Assembly: GCA_021737225.1 (NCBI GenBank)
Contig: JAIPEJ010000001.1
Span: 1-60,124, forward strand
DNA length: 60,124 bases
Source of the DNA: Desulfobacteraceae bacterium
GTDB taxonomy: Bacteria > Desulfobacterota > Desulfobacteria > Desulfobacterales > Desulfosalsimonadaceae
Direction of reading: 5' to 3'
Of the stretch, positions 50,215 to 60,124 are shown in pieces. The position numbers and the translations under genes are program-made. The notes beneath the pieces were generated by a model. The model saw only the letters and a list, made by a program, of their open reading frames with translations, had not been told where the DNA came from and did not search any database. The stretch's first letter is position 1. Each line of letters begins with the position of its first letter.

Positions 50215-50688
50215 ATGCAACCTTGTCTCAAGGCCCGGAAATCAGTTTCTGTAAAAATCCTGTGCATACTGGCATGTCTTTGTGCCTCGGGCTGGGCTCG
50301 GGCAGGCGAAACCGGGATCGTCGGGATCCGTATACATCAGCGGCAATATCGCGTTGAAGTCGCCGCCACCCCGCAGGCCCGGGCAAAGGGGCTGATGTTT
50401 CGCAGATCCCTGGAAAAAAATACCGGCATGCTCTTTGTCTATCCGGCCGAAGACCGCCGGTGCTTTTACATGAAAAACACGTTTATCCCCCTGGATATCG
50501 CCTTTATCAATCGGGATCTGCAAATCGTGGACATCCGGCAGATGCAGCCCCTGGACAAAACCCCGGTCTGTTCACGGGAAAAAGTTCGCTACGCACTGGA
50601 GGTCAATAGCGGTTTTTTCGATCGCCACGGCATCCAGGTCGGGGATACGGTCGAATTTGCCGGCGCCGCGGGGATGAAAAAACCATGA
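50215..50688 (+). CDS. DUF192 family protein
   Basis: GLMFR, GMLFV, MKNT.IPLDIAF, YALEVN.G. Confidence 0.92.
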   Translation: MQPCLKARKSVSVKILCILACLCASGWARAGETGIVGIRIHQRQYRVEVAATPQARAKGLMFRRSLEKNTGMLFVYPAEDRRCFYMKNTFIPLDIAFINRDLQIVDIRQMQPLDKTPVCSREKVRYALEVNSGFFDRHGIQVGDTVEFAGAAGMKKP

Positions 50689-53600
50689 GCCGCAAAATAA
50701 TTAAAGAACACCGCCCTGAATTGATTCTGCTGGTACTGGCCTGTTTCTTTTTTTCCGGGGTTACCAGCCTGATCTACGAAGTACTCTGGCTGCGGATGCT
50801 CACAAGGATTATCGGCGGCGCGCCGTTTGCGGTAAGCACTATTCTGACCATATTCATGGGCGGTCTGGGACTGGGCAGTTATCTGGCCGGCCGCAGGATC
50901 GACCGGATCGAGCGGCCATTTTCGTTGATCCGTCTTTATGCCGGCCTTGAAATCGCGATCGGCCTTTACGCCCTGGCCATTCCCCTGCTGATCGCCGCAT
51001 TTCAACCGCTTTTTGCCATTGCTTACAGATCACTGTCAGCCTATCCCGCAGCATATCACGGATTTACGTTTATCGGCTGCGCCGTGCTCCTGGCCCTGCC
51101 CGTACTCTGCATGGGCGCCACCCTCCCTGTGCTGTGCAGGTTTTACATCAACCAACTCCAACACCTGGGCGGACGCGCCGGACTGCTCTACGGGATAAAC
51201 ACCATCGGCGGGGCGGCAGGCGCCTTTCTCTGCGGTTTTTTCCTGCTGCCGGCCCTTGGAATATATCCAACCCTGTGGATTGCATTGGGAACAAACTTTG
51301 CCATAGGACTGGTGTGTCTGGCAGCCGCCGCCCGAATCGAAACCGGGGGATTGCCCCGGGCACAGAGGCAAACCGTGCAAAGCAGCCTCACCGCCCAGGA
51401 AGAACCCCGCCTGAACGGGCATGAAAAAAGGCAGTGGCAGGGGGCGTTAATTATTTTGGGCATATCCGGATGCTGCGCCATGGCTGCCGAGGTTTTCTGG
51501 ACCCGGCTGCTTGGCCTGCTTATCGGGCCCACCACTTATTCGTTTACCATTGTGCTGGTCACCTTCATCCTGGGCCTGGCCCTGGGCAATATCTTCTTCG
51601 GGCGCCTGGCAGACAGAAGCCGGGACCCCTTTGCCCTTCTGGCTGCCACCCAGATGGCCGCGGCTTTCCTGGTGCTGGGGGTCAGCCAGGTTATGGGAAA
51701 CAGCCAGCTTTTTTTCGCCAAGCTGTTGTTCACATTTCAGGACAACTTTTTTCTGCAGAACGCGTTAAAGGGACTTTGCCTTTTTGCCCTGATGATTCTG
51801 CCCACCTTTTGTTTCGGCGCGGCATTTCCCCTGGTGGGCAAAATCTACACCCGCACCATTTCCCGGGTGGGCCGTAGCATCGGCTCGGCCTATGCCGTCA
51901 ATACACTCGGTGCGGTCACAGGCGCATTCTGCGCCGGCTTTATTTTGATTCCGCTCGTGGGCAAGGAAACCGGACTGGCCCTGACAGCCGGCATCCAGCT
52001 CATTGCTGCCCTGGCGGTTTACACCGCGGCCGCAGAAAACCCGGGCAAAGTACGAAGGCGTGCAGCCGCGGCTTTTTGTATACTTGCCGTGACAATCGCG
52101 CTTTGCGCCAACTTTCCGGCATGGAACCGCAAATTACTAGCCCTGGGAAAATACCATCGGTTCGAAGAAATCGAAATCAAGGAAGTGATCCAAAGCACGG
52201 GCTGGTTTCAGGCCCTGTTTTCCGGCGCGGAAATTCTGGCCGCCAGGGACCGGGGCGATCTGGTCTATTACGGAGACGGCACCGGCGGATTCATGACGGT
52301 GCTGAAATACCCGCTCGCACTGGGCGGCTATGAATATTCCCTGGCCACCAGCGGGAAAATCGACGCATCCTCCCGCGGAGACATGAACACCCAGACGCTG
52401 CTGGCCCATGTGCCCATGCTGATGCACCCGGAGCCGAAAGACGTCATGGTCCTGGGCCTGGCAAGCGGCATCACCGCCGGCCAGGTACTGCACTATCCCA
52501 TCCGGGATCTCGATGTAGTTGAAATCAACAGGCAGGCGGTTGCGGCCGCCCGGTTTTTCACGGACTGGAACAACAATGTGCTCTCAAATGAAAAAACCGA
52601 CATAATTATTCAGGACGGCATGGCCCACCTGCGATTTACCGATAAAAAATACGACGTGATCATTTCAGAACCTTCCAATCCCTGGATGGAAGGCATGGCC
52701 GCGCTTTTTACCAAAGACTTTTTCACACTGGCAAAAAACCGGTTATCCACGGATGGCATATATGTCCAGTGGTTTCACTGCTACCAGATGGACTGGCCCA
52801 CCCTTTCGCTGGTGGGGCGCACATTTGCCTCAGTGTTTCACGACAGCATGCTTATTAATGCTCAGCCCTCTGGCGGGGGCAGGGATTTTCTCATGGTGGG
52901 ATTCAAGGGCGACACCGGATTCAACCTGGATCGGGTGCGCCAAAATATCCGGTTTATCCGGGACGCACAGAATTTTAAGCTCCCCCGCCCGGAGCTTTTA
53001 TCCCGGCTGATCGTCTCCGGCGATCTGGATCGCCTGTTCGGCCCCGGACCGATAAACACCGCGGCAAAGCCCGTGCTTGAATTCGCCGCCCCGCAGACCA
53101 TGTATCATCAGGAAAACGGCCGCGCACAAATCATGAAACACATCCGCCAAAAAGCCCAAGTTGATCCCGTCATCCGGGAAACCGCAGAACTTATGAAAAA
53201 CAGCGTGGACGCACAGATCGATTATGCTGCCTTTGCCCTGTCGGTGTACTCGCCGTTTGCCTCAATGGTCGATATTCCCCGGGCCACACCCGCGCAGAAA
53301 TCCAGATTTTACGACCTGATGACCTCTTACTGCAAAAGCAACCCGGTGGACGATTCCCTGTTTTCGGATGCCGCACTTGCGGAAAAATGCCGCAACATCC
53401 AGATCAAAACCCTGCGCCGCCGCATGGGAAAAATGCCGAACAAGGCCCGGTCGCATGCCTATCTCGCGGATCTTTACCTTGACACCGGGCGGACGGACAA
53501 GGCCATTGATCATTATTCCAAATCACTTTCGTATAACCCCACGGATGCCGACATCGAAAACAACCTCGGGTTTCTGCTGCATCAGAAAGGCAAAATCAAA

Positions 53601-54146
53601 GCTGCCATTGCGCACTACCGCCGGGCGCTTGACCTGCGCCCCCGCTTTGCAAGGGCCAGGGGCAACCTGGCAGATGCATACGCCGACCTGCAGCGTCCGG
53701 AGAGCGCCCTGGAGGAACTTGAGACAATGATCTCGCACTACCCGGACATGCCCGAACCCCGGATTCGCGCGGCTTTGATCTGCAACCGGCAAAACAATCC
53801 TGGCAGAGCTGTCTCTCATCTGCGCCGGACAGTGGCGCATCACCCGGACCGGGCGGATGCCCTGAACCTACTGGCATGGATCCTTGCCACCACCCGGGAC
53901 AAGGACATCAAGAATCCGCAGCAGGCGGTTGCCTATGCACAAAAAGCCTGCAAACGCACCAATCATCAAAATGCATCCACCCTCTATACACTCTCTGTTG
54001 CGCATGCCGCGGATCGCCAATTTTCCCGGGCTCTTGAAATCGCGGAATCCGCCCTTACAGCGGCAAAAAAGGCCGGGCGAGAAAAAACCGCCCGCATGAT
54101 AGAAGACCATATACACAAGCTGCGGGAAAAAACCGCGCCTTCCTAA
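50685..54146 (+). CDS. fused multi-TM / spermidine-synthase-like SAM-dependent domain / TPR protein
   Basis: YEVLW.R, NT.G repeats in the TM part; VLGLASG, VEIN, DVIISEPSNPW; C-terminal TPRs. Confidence 0.88.
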   Translation: MSRKIIKEHRPELILLVLACFFFSGVTSLIYEVLWLRMLTRIIGGAPFAVSTILTIFMGGLGLGSYLAGRRIDRIERPFSLIRLYAGLEIAIGLYALAIPLLIAAFQPLFAIAYRSLSAYPAAYHGFTFIGCAVLLALPVLCMGATLPVLCRFYINQLQHLGGRAGLLYGINTIGGAAGAFLCGFFLLPALGIYPTLWIALGTNFAIGLVCLAAAARIETGGLPRAQRQTVQSSLTAQEEPRLNGHEKRQWQGALIILGISGCCAMAAEVFWTRLLGLLIGPTTYSFTIVLVTFILGLALGNIFFGRLADRSRDPFALLAATQMAAAFLVLGVSQVMGNSQLFFAKLLFTFQDNFFLQNALKGLCLFALMILPTFCFGAAFPLVGKIYTRTISRVGRSIGSAYAVNTLGAVTGAFCAGFILIPLVGKETGLALTAGIQLIAALAVYTAAAENPGKVRRRAAAAFCILAVTIALCANFPAWNRKLLALGKYHRFEEIEIKEVIQSTGWFQALFSGAEILAARDRGDLVYYGDGTGGFMTVLKYPLALGGYEYSLATSGKIDASSRGDMNTQTLLAHVPMLMHPEPKDVMVLGLASGITAGQVLHYPIRDLDVVEINRQAVAAARFFTDWNNNVLSNEKTDIIIQDGMAHLRFTDKKYDVIISEPSNPWMEGMAALFTKDFFTLAKNRLSTDGIYVQWFHCYQMDWPTLSLVGRTFASVFHDSMLINAQPSGGGRDFLMVGFKGDTGFNLDRVRQNIRFIRDAQNFKLPRPELLSRLIVSGDLDRLFGPGPINTAAKPVLEFAAPQTMYHQENGRAQIMKHIRQKAQVDPVIRETAELMKNSVDAQIDYAAFALSVYSPFASMVDIPRATPAQKSRFYDLMTSYCKSNPVDDSLFSDAALAEKCRNIQIKTLRRRMGKMPNKARSHAYLADLYLDTGRTDKAIDHYSKSLSYNPTDADIENNLGFLLHQKGKIKAAIAHYRRALDLRPRFARARGNLADAYADLQRPESALEELETMISHYPDMPEPRIRAALICNRQNNPGRAVSHLRRTVAHHPDRADALNLLAWILATTRDKDIKNPQQAVAYAQKACKRTNHQNASTLYTLSVAHAADRQFSRALEIAESALTAAKKAGREKTARMIEDHIHKLREKTAPS

Positions 54147-56935
54147 GAATGTATGCCCATGCGCCTGGCCTTTTCCACGGCAGCCATGCGGCTGGAAACG
54201 TCCAGCTTTTTGAAAATATTGTAGTTGTGTGTCTTCACCGTGGCCACGGCGATGCAGAGTTCTTCTGCGATTTCCTGGTTGGACATGCCCATGGCAATTA
54301 ACCGGAGAACAGATCGTTCCTGACGGCTCAGGTTCTTCTCCGAAACGGCGCTGCGGCCGGATTGGGCAAGATCGGATTGCACTTTTGTCTCAGACAGGAT
54401 GATATCGCGTACCTTGCTTGAATAATCCACGCAGACACCTGCCTGAATGCTCTTTTCAAGCACCGGCACCAACGGGGAACCTTCATCCAAGAAAATACGC
54501 AAATATCCTTCGGAATCCGCCATGCAGATAGCCTGGCGCAACGAATTAATTGCGTTTTCATCCTCTCCTAAAAGCTCATGGGCCATGGCCAGAAGAATGA
54601 GCGCTTCGATTTCGTATTCCCCGATATCTTCCTGCCGGGATTCTGAAAGCAGCACCCCGAGACATTCGACCACTTCCTGCATGGACATGCGCGGACCGCC
54701 GACTGCAGGAATCCGGGCTTCTGCAAGATACAACCGCATCAGGTTCAACTGCTCCTTGAGTTGCATCCGTTTTTCAAATGGCACCGGGTACGGCCGGTCT
54801 TCACCCGGCTGCACCTTTTTCAGCCAAAGGCCGTACTGCTCGGCCAGGGCAAAGGCCCGTTGCAGGATTTCATCATTTCCCGGATAACGGCACAGCAGAT
54901 ACCGGATCCGCAAAGCCCCGGCAAGGGGCCTGGCACGGCTGCAGTAAACAGAAAGGTCTTCCATTTCCGCAATCGGCGACAATACCTCTTCTTCATCCGC
55001 CCCGGTGGAAAGCCGAATCCAGAACAAATATTCAAATCCTGAGATCAGGGTGTAGGTTTCGCCGAGAATCCGCACGAACTCGATGGCCTTTTCCCCCATG
55101 GATGCGGCCTGGTCCAGATGATTTTTCTCATACAAAAGCACAGCCTGATGCAGGTCATAATAGCTAAGCGTTTCAGCCGAAAGCCGGTGGGTTTCCACAA
55201 AAGATTGGGCCACAGATTGTCTCCCCTCGCGGCAGATGAGATCGGAAGCCCGAAGCTGCCCCCGGATTTTGGCGAGATAGGCGCGGAAATAATCAGCAAT
55301 AATCACCTGGTAGCAGAATCCGCCGACAAACGCCGCGGATCTGGCCGCTTCCAGGCTACTGGCACAGGCATCCAGATTCCCGATATCCAGGTAGGTCAAT
55401 GCAAGCGTGAAAAAAATGTTGGTCCGAATAAATACATTGTTTTCATCAAATTTCTGCAGGGTGCTTCCGCCCAGCGCAATCACCTTTTCCCGCGATTCGT
55501 TGCGGGAATATGCCAGGTGCACCCGAAGGGCGTCCACGTAAGCTGTCAGCGCCTTGTACGTAGAGCCCTCGGGTCCCTCGGAGGCAAGGAGCTGCGGGTA
55601 AAATTTTTCCGCCGCGTCGAGCAAATATTCAATCGTGTGAAACGGCATGGATGAAAACTTACTGAGATTCCGCAAAAACAGGGCCCATGCGTAGGTGATG
55701 CAAAGATACGGATTGCCGGTAATCCGGCTTTCAGGCAGGGCCCGGATCCATCGGACCGCAGTGCCCGATTCCCCCCTGAATATTGCAATGGCCGAATACT
55801 TATTGACCAGCTCCGCTGCGTAATCCCAGTCCTGACCGGCAATGGCGTGCCTGATGGCCTCGTTAGCCATCTTGTTTTTCCTGTACCAGCGGGCCGCGCG
55901 CTTGTGGAGAACCCCGAGACGCTCCGGCTCTTGCCGGGCGAGTTTGTCGTGCAGAACTTCTGCAAACATATGATGATAGCGAAACCAAAAGGGTTTTCCG
56001 TCAAGCGCTATGATAAACATATTGGCGGCGCACAACTGCTTGAGAATCGACTCGCTGTCGGTTCTTTCGGTTACAGCATTGCAAAGAGACAGATTAAGAC
56101 GGGTTAAAATGCTGGTGTCAAGCAGAAACCACTGGATATGCTCAGGCTGGGAAGAAAACACCTCGTCCACGAAATAGTCTATTATATGTGACTGCATCCC
56201 GTTGGGCACCAGCTTGCCGCCGGTTTTATCCGTATCAGCGGCCAGGACCGCCACCTGAAGACCGGCTGCCCATCCTTCGCAATATTCCGCCAGTGCGGCG
56301 ACTTCATCATCGGTGAAAGCCCTCCCTGAAACCTGCCTGGCAAACGCCGCGGCTTCATCGGCGGTAAACCTAAGATCGTCTGCATTGACCGCTGCATACT
56401 GTCCCTGGATCTTCAGGCGGCCGACTGAAAGGGGCAGTTCATGGCGACTGGCCACAACCAGGTGCATATTATAGGGCATGTAATCAATAAAAAATTTGAA
56501 AATCCTGCAAACCGTATCCTCTTCAATCTGGTGGAAATCGTCAAGCACCAGGATAACGGACTCCTGCTTTTCAAAGATTTCATTGATCAGTATCTTGACC
56601 ACCGCCTTTACCGGGATGCCGGAGGGTGAATCAAGCATTTGCATGGCCGAAAGACCGATGTTGGGATAGACATTTTGGATGGCCGCAACGAAATAGGTCC
56701 AAAAGCTGATCAGATCATTGTCTTCCTCGTCAAGCGACAGCCATGCTATATCTTCCGGCTGGCTCTTCGCCCAATCGGAAAGCAGGGTGGTTTTGCCGAA
56801 CCCGGCAGGTGCTGATAACAGCGTCAACTTTTGATTTTTTGCCGCATCCAGCCGCTGTATCAGGCGAGATCGGCCGATCACCTGTGTCCGCAGGGGCGGG
56901 ATGCGGATTTTGGTTTGAACCAATTCCTTAAACAT
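54143..56935 (-). CDS. MalT-like LuxR family ATP-dependent regulator
   Basis: APAGFGKTT, LDDFH, EGWAAGL, RYHHMF, C-terminal LuxR HTH. Confidence 0.93.
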   Translation of the reverse strand: MFKELVQTKIRIPPLRTQVIGRSRLIQRLDAAKNQKLTLLSAPAGFGKTTLLSDWAKSQPEDIAWLSLDEEDNDLISFWTYFVAAIQNVYPNIGLSAMQMLDSPSGIPVKAVVKILINEIFEKQESVILVLDDFHQIEEDTVCRIFKFFIDYMPYNMHLVVASRHELPLSVGRLKIQGQYAAVNADDLRFTADEAAAFARQVSGRAFTDDEVAALAEYCEGWAAGLQVAVLAADTDKTGGKLVPNGMQSHIIDYFVDEVFSSQPEHIQWFLLDTSILTRLNLSLCNAVTERTDSESILKQLCAANMFIIALDGKPFWFRYHHMFAEVLHDKLARQEPERLGVLHKRAARWYRKNKMANEAIRHAIAGQDWDYAAELVNKYSAIAIFRGESGTAVRWIRALPESRITGNPYLCITYAWALFLRNLSKFSSMPFHTIEYLLDAAEKFYPQLLASEGPEGSTYKALTAYVDALRVHLAYSRNESREKVIALGGSTLQKFDENNVFIRTNIFFTLALTYLDIGNLDACASSLEAARSAAFVGGFCYQVIIADYFRAYLAKIRGQLRASDLICREGRQSVAQSFVETHRLSAETLSYYDLHQAVLLYEKNHLDQAASMGEKAIEFVRILGETYTLISGFEYLFWIRLSTGADEEEVLSPIAEMEDLSVYCSRARPLAGALRIRYLLCRYPGNDEILQRAFALAEQYGLWLKKVQPGEDRPYPVPFEKRMQLKEQLNLMRLYLAEARIPAVGGPRMSMQEVVECLGVLLSESRQEDIGEYEIEALILLAMAHELLGEDENAINSLRQAICMADSEGYLRIFLDEGSPLVPVLEKSIQAGVCVDYSSKVRDIILSETKVQSDLAQSGRSAVSEKNLSRQERSVLRLIAMGMSNQEIAEELCIAVATVKTHNYNIFKKLDVSSRMAAVEKARRMGIHS

Positions 56936-57006
56936 AGCGATTTCTCTTTATTGTCTTCATATAAACGACCAACCCGCAAACCGTCGGCTTCTGCAACAAA
57001 AGCCGC

Positions 57007-58464
57007 CTAACAGGACAACACGGGCAGTCCGATGCAACCGATATCTATAAGAAAATGGCATATTACGCACGGTGTCACACTTCCTGTATGAATCCGGACG
57101 AGTCCCAGCAAAAAGCCGTAGACCAGCGCAAAAACCCCGAAAGACACGCCTCCGATCACAAAATGCGGAAGGGCATACAGCAAACTCTGCGCGCCGTTGG
57201 TCAATAAACTGCCATATCCCGCCTTTTTCAACACCCGAAAAAAGGCCTGCCGGAAAGCAAATTCCTCTCCCGTGGCATTCATTATGCTCAATATGACAAC
57301 TGGTAGCCAGAATGCCCCGCCCTTTATGCAGGGATCAATCAGCACCAGCAAATACAGCGAATATCCGATACTGCACAAAAGCCCCGCATACAAAACCGGG
57401 TGAAACCGGATCCACCGGAAATCCGTCCAAATCGGAATACCGGCCGCCCGCACCCAGAACAGGGAGACCACCGGAAACAAAAGATACGGAAAATAATACA
57501 ATACCGAAAACCATGCAGCCTCCAGATCCGCCGCCGCAGTCATGGGCCATGGCAGCACATGCATTTTCCTTAAATGAAAGGTTCCGGCCAACATCACCAG
57601 ATAAACCGCTATCAGACCGACCAGAGACAGCACCCGACCCAGTTCCCTTTCGGGGGCGGTTTTGTGTGCTGGCGATCTGCGATTTTTCCAGGCAATCCGG
57701 ATCAGAATGCACCCGCCGAACAATACGAAAACAGCCATCACCACCTGGGCCTGGGTCAGGCCGAGAAAAAACTTCCTGTTGGTCCTGAAAATCTCCAGGG
57801 CCATGCGTACCGAGCCGTACAGCAGCAGATAGGCGCCTGCCACGATCCCGCCATAGGCCCGATTGGGCGCAGATGACCTATAGATGTTTTCATATAACCG
57901 CCGGAGGACAAAAAAGATGCCGATATTTAAAAAGATTGCATACAGCGGAACCGGATTGGGAAAACGCGTCAGGTAAACCCCGAAAAACTCGGGATGAATC
58001 CATCTGCCCCAGCAGCAGCCGATCAGCAGACATGCCACCCGGCCGATGGCATGGCCCAAGGGAACATAGAGCAGTATGGTGTCCATGAGTTCCTTGGTAT
58101 TGTAACGCATGACCCGGAAGAAAACCAGCAGGACAACAGCGGGCGCGATGATGCTGGCGTGATAGGTGTGGGAATCGCCGGAAACCGCGTTTTCAATAAA
58201 AACCGAAAGGCTCCAGGAATCAACATGCTGATAGAACATGCCTGCGGCATGCGAGCCCAGGTAGCCCGCCGGAAATGCCACGAAAACGGTGAACAGGGAC
58301 AGGGTGATTTGCTGCTTTCTGCTGTATCCCAGGTTATCGAGTCTTCCGAGGATCAGTACCAGGCCCGCAAGCACGGCAATCCCCATCAGGCCGTTATACA
58401 GGATCAGATTGACCGTCTGAAAAATCTCCGGATATGTCGTTGACAGGCCGAGATATCGAAACAT
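57007..58464 (-). CDS. Lgt-family domain fused to CPBP (Abi/CAAX-like) intramembrane protease
   Basis: AIGRVACLLIGCCWG, PVPLY, RMALEIFR (Lgt-like); GEEFAFR, YALPH, CHFLID (CPBP). Confidence 0.8.
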   Translation of the reverse strand: MFRYLGLSTTYPEIFQTVNLILYNGLMGIAVLAGLVLILGRLDNLGYSRKQQITLSLFTVFVAFPAGYLGSHAAGMFYQHVDSWSLSVFIENAVSGDSHTYHASIIAPAVVLLVFFRVMRYNTKELMDTILLYVPLGHAIGRVACLLIGCCWGRWIHPEFFGVYLTRFPNPVPLYAIFLNIGIFFVLRRLYENIYRSSAPNRAYGGIVAGAYLLLYGSVRMALEIFRTNRKFFLGLTQAQVVMAVFVLFGGCILIRIAWKNRRSPAHKTAPERELGRVLSLVGLIAVYLVMLAGTFHLRKMHVLPWPMTAAADLEAAWFSVLYYFPYLLFPVVSLFWVRAAGIPIWTDFRWIRFHPVLYAGLLCSIGYSLYLLVLIDPCIKGGAFWLPVVILSIMNATGEEFAFRQAFFRVLKKAGYGSLLTNGAQSLLYALPHFVIGGVSFGVFALVYGFLLGLVRIHTGSVTPCVICHFLIDIGCIGLPVLSC

Positions 58465-58705
58465 GGCATCTTTTCCGTTCCGCAGGCGCGGAAATGCAGC
58501 CCAGAACCGCGCTTATACAATGTTAATGAATTTTCTCCTACTGAACTTGCGATTAAATTTTACAGCATTTTCCCTCAAAAGACAATGCGATGAAATTACT
58601 TATAATGTTCACTTTTCTGACCAACCGTTCACCACACAACGGCCGCCCCGGGGCGTCAGAGCCCCGACCGGCTTGACATGCCGGCGGATTCATGCAAAGT
58701 ATATT

Positions 58706-58850
58706 TAGTGCCCATCCAGAGATCGGATAATTTGTTCAAGTTCAAGGAAGGTGAAAATTTTAACCGCAAGAATACTCAAAGTATTTTGAGGATTCAAATT
58801 TGAGCCTGACGCAGAAATTGGGCAAATTAGCCATTTCTGGATGGGCACTA
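58706..58850. mobile_element. MITE (145 bp) with perfect 15-bp terminal inverted repeats
   Basis: TAGTGCCCATCCAGA ... TCTGGATGGGCACTA; AT-rich non-coding interior with an internal hairpin. Confidence 0.85.
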
Positions 58851-58902
58851 TTTAATATTTGTCGCAGAACTACTGCCTTAACCACAGAACTGGAGATATC
58901 CC

Positions 58903-59670
58903 ATGGAATGCGAACACCTGCTGCTCTCTGTTGAGGGCAAGGTTGCCACGGTAACCATTAACCGGCCCGACAAGGGCAACAGCCTTTCCCCAGAGGTCCT
59001 GGAGGAAATCCGGGACCTTTTCACGGAATTAAACAGCAACGGCGACATATCCGTAATTGTTTTTACAGGCGGGCAACGTTATTTTTCCGCGGGATTTGAC
59101 CTGAATGAAATCCGCCAGCTGGAAAAAAGCGCCAATGAAGGCTATGTCGCCCTTTTCCACCAGGCCTACCGCGCCATTTACTTCTGCGGCCAACCGGTAA
59201 TCTGCGCCGTGGGCGGGCCGGCCATTGCCGGCGGCTTTGACCTGACCATGATGTGCGATATCCGTTATGCCTCGGAGCGCGCCAAATTCGGACAACGGGA
59301 AATCGCTCTTTCCCTCACGCCCCTCATGGATCCCCTGTGGCGAATCATCGGTATGGGCAGGGCCAGGGAAGTGGCCCTGACCGGCCGGATCTATGACGCC
59401 CGCGAGGCCGAACAGATGGGCTATGTCAGCCGGGTGTTTGCAAAAGACGAACTGCTGAGTTCCGTAGCCGAGATTGCACAGGGGATGGCCGATTTTGACC
59501 GGGGCTGCTTAAAGGAAACCAAGCAGCTGGCCAATACGGTTGCAGACCAGGATCCCGACAGCGCCATGCGGATCCAGGAATGGCTGTTTCGGTCATACAT
59601 CGGCTCCGAGGACAACCACCGGCGCATTGACGCCCTGCAGGCAGAACTCGCGGCGCGGCGGGAAAAATAA
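58903..59670 (+). CDS. enoyl-CoA hydratase/isomerase family protein
   Basis: INRP, FSAGFDL, AIAGG, CDIRYAS, FGQRE. Confidence 0.93.
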   Translation: MECEHLLLSVEGKVATVTINRPDKGNSLSPEVLEEIRDLFTELNSNGDISVIVFTGGQRYFSAGFDLNEIRQLEKSANEGYVALFHQAYRAIYFCGQPVICAVGGPAIAGGFDLTMMCDIRYASERAKFGQREIALSLTPLMDPLWRIIGMGRAREVALTGRIYDAREAEQMGYVSRVFAKDELLSSVAEIAQGMADFDRGCLKETKQLANTVADQDPDSAMRIQEWLFRSYIGSEDNHRRIDALQAELAARREK

Positions 59671-59673
59671 ACC

Positions 59674-59955
59674 ATGGGCAACCGGGATGCGCCCCTGAAA
59701 ATCGGACTGAAATACTGCGGGGGCTGCAGCCCGGATTACGAACGGGTGGAACTGGTCCGGCAGATGAAGCAACGGCTTGGCGATAAAGCCGAATTTCTGC
59801 CGCACGACACCCCCGGGATTTCAATGGGGGTTGCCGTGCAAGGATGTCCCACGGCATGTGGGGACCTGTCTTCGTTTGCCGGCCTGCCCGTCTGGATCAT
59901 CACCAGCCAGGCGGACGCAGAGGCGTTTATCCGGCACATGGAAGCAACGGGATGA
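59674..59955 (+). CDS. small Cys-rich conserved hypothetical protein
   Basis: IGLKYCGGC.P...R, GCPTAC motifs; 3 bp after the upstream stop. Confidence 0.7.
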   Translation: MGNRDAPLKIGLKYCGGCSPDYERVELVRQMKQRLGDKAEFLPHDTPGISMGVAVQGCPTACGDLSSFAGLPVWIITSQADAEAFIRHMEATG

Positions 59956-60076
59956 AACCGCAGACTTTGACAAACTCCCTCTTTTTTTTGACATTCCCGC
60001 TTTTTTTTGATAATAAGTTATTTCCAACCTTATGTGTTACCCAACCCATAAACCCCAAAAATAATAAGGAGTCACC

Positions 60077-60124
60077 ATGGTTGCTACATCCTGGCCGACT
60101 GACAAATGGCCCGAAGGGGTCGCC
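60077..60124 (+). CDS. 5' fragment of a CDS (MVATSWPTDKWPEGV...), possibly an acyl-CoA ligase
   Basis: AAGGAG RBS, ATG 60077; W...WPEGV start and neighbouring enoyl-CoA hydratase; only 16 codons visible. Confidence 0.45.
   Translation, partial: MVATSWPTDKWPEGVA

Noticed and set aside
59988-60016. sigma70 promoter for the last CDS
   Set aside because: TTGACA is present, but spacing to GATAAT is only 15 nt; too uncertain to call.

Overview
This 60-kb window is from a high-GC anaerobic Gram-negative bacterium, most likely Desulfobacterales/Desulfobacterota (inferred from gene content, sigma54 promoters and intergenic inverted-repeat elements). The left core region holds glnD-glnB with a perfect sigma54 promoter, a Lol-like ABC exporter cluster with a probable outer-membrane barrel, and a GalT/HIT-like, DUF2914 and CdaA-YbbR diadenylate cyclase gene string. 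An M48 protease follows. Next is a sigma54 operon: ABC exporter, catalytically degenerate WecB, and a DUF1573 protein with an in-frame TGA plus SECIS-like hairpin (probable selenoprotein missed by the ORF track). After a GAF/HD-GYP gene comes an expanded arsenic/thiol-redox operon. The region ~28.9-42.9 kb is a decaying accessory/defence island: Fic, a sigma54-activator pseudogene, a double-cubane-like reductase plus CoA-disulfide reductase, an orphan AbrB, an internally deleted type III R-M locus, two MNT-HEPN pairs, and an AEP-primase/helicase plus TM-TPR pair. In this island, cargo is bracketed by duplicated gene 3' ends. The right core region holds an SDR, an orphan hisF, a Mo-bisPGD enzyme, a hybrid kinase, DUF192 plus a spermidine-synthase-like/TPR gene, a MalT-like regulator, an Lgt-CPBP fusion, a MITE and an enoyl-CoA hydratase. 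All calls rest on motif recognition by eye; no database searches were run.
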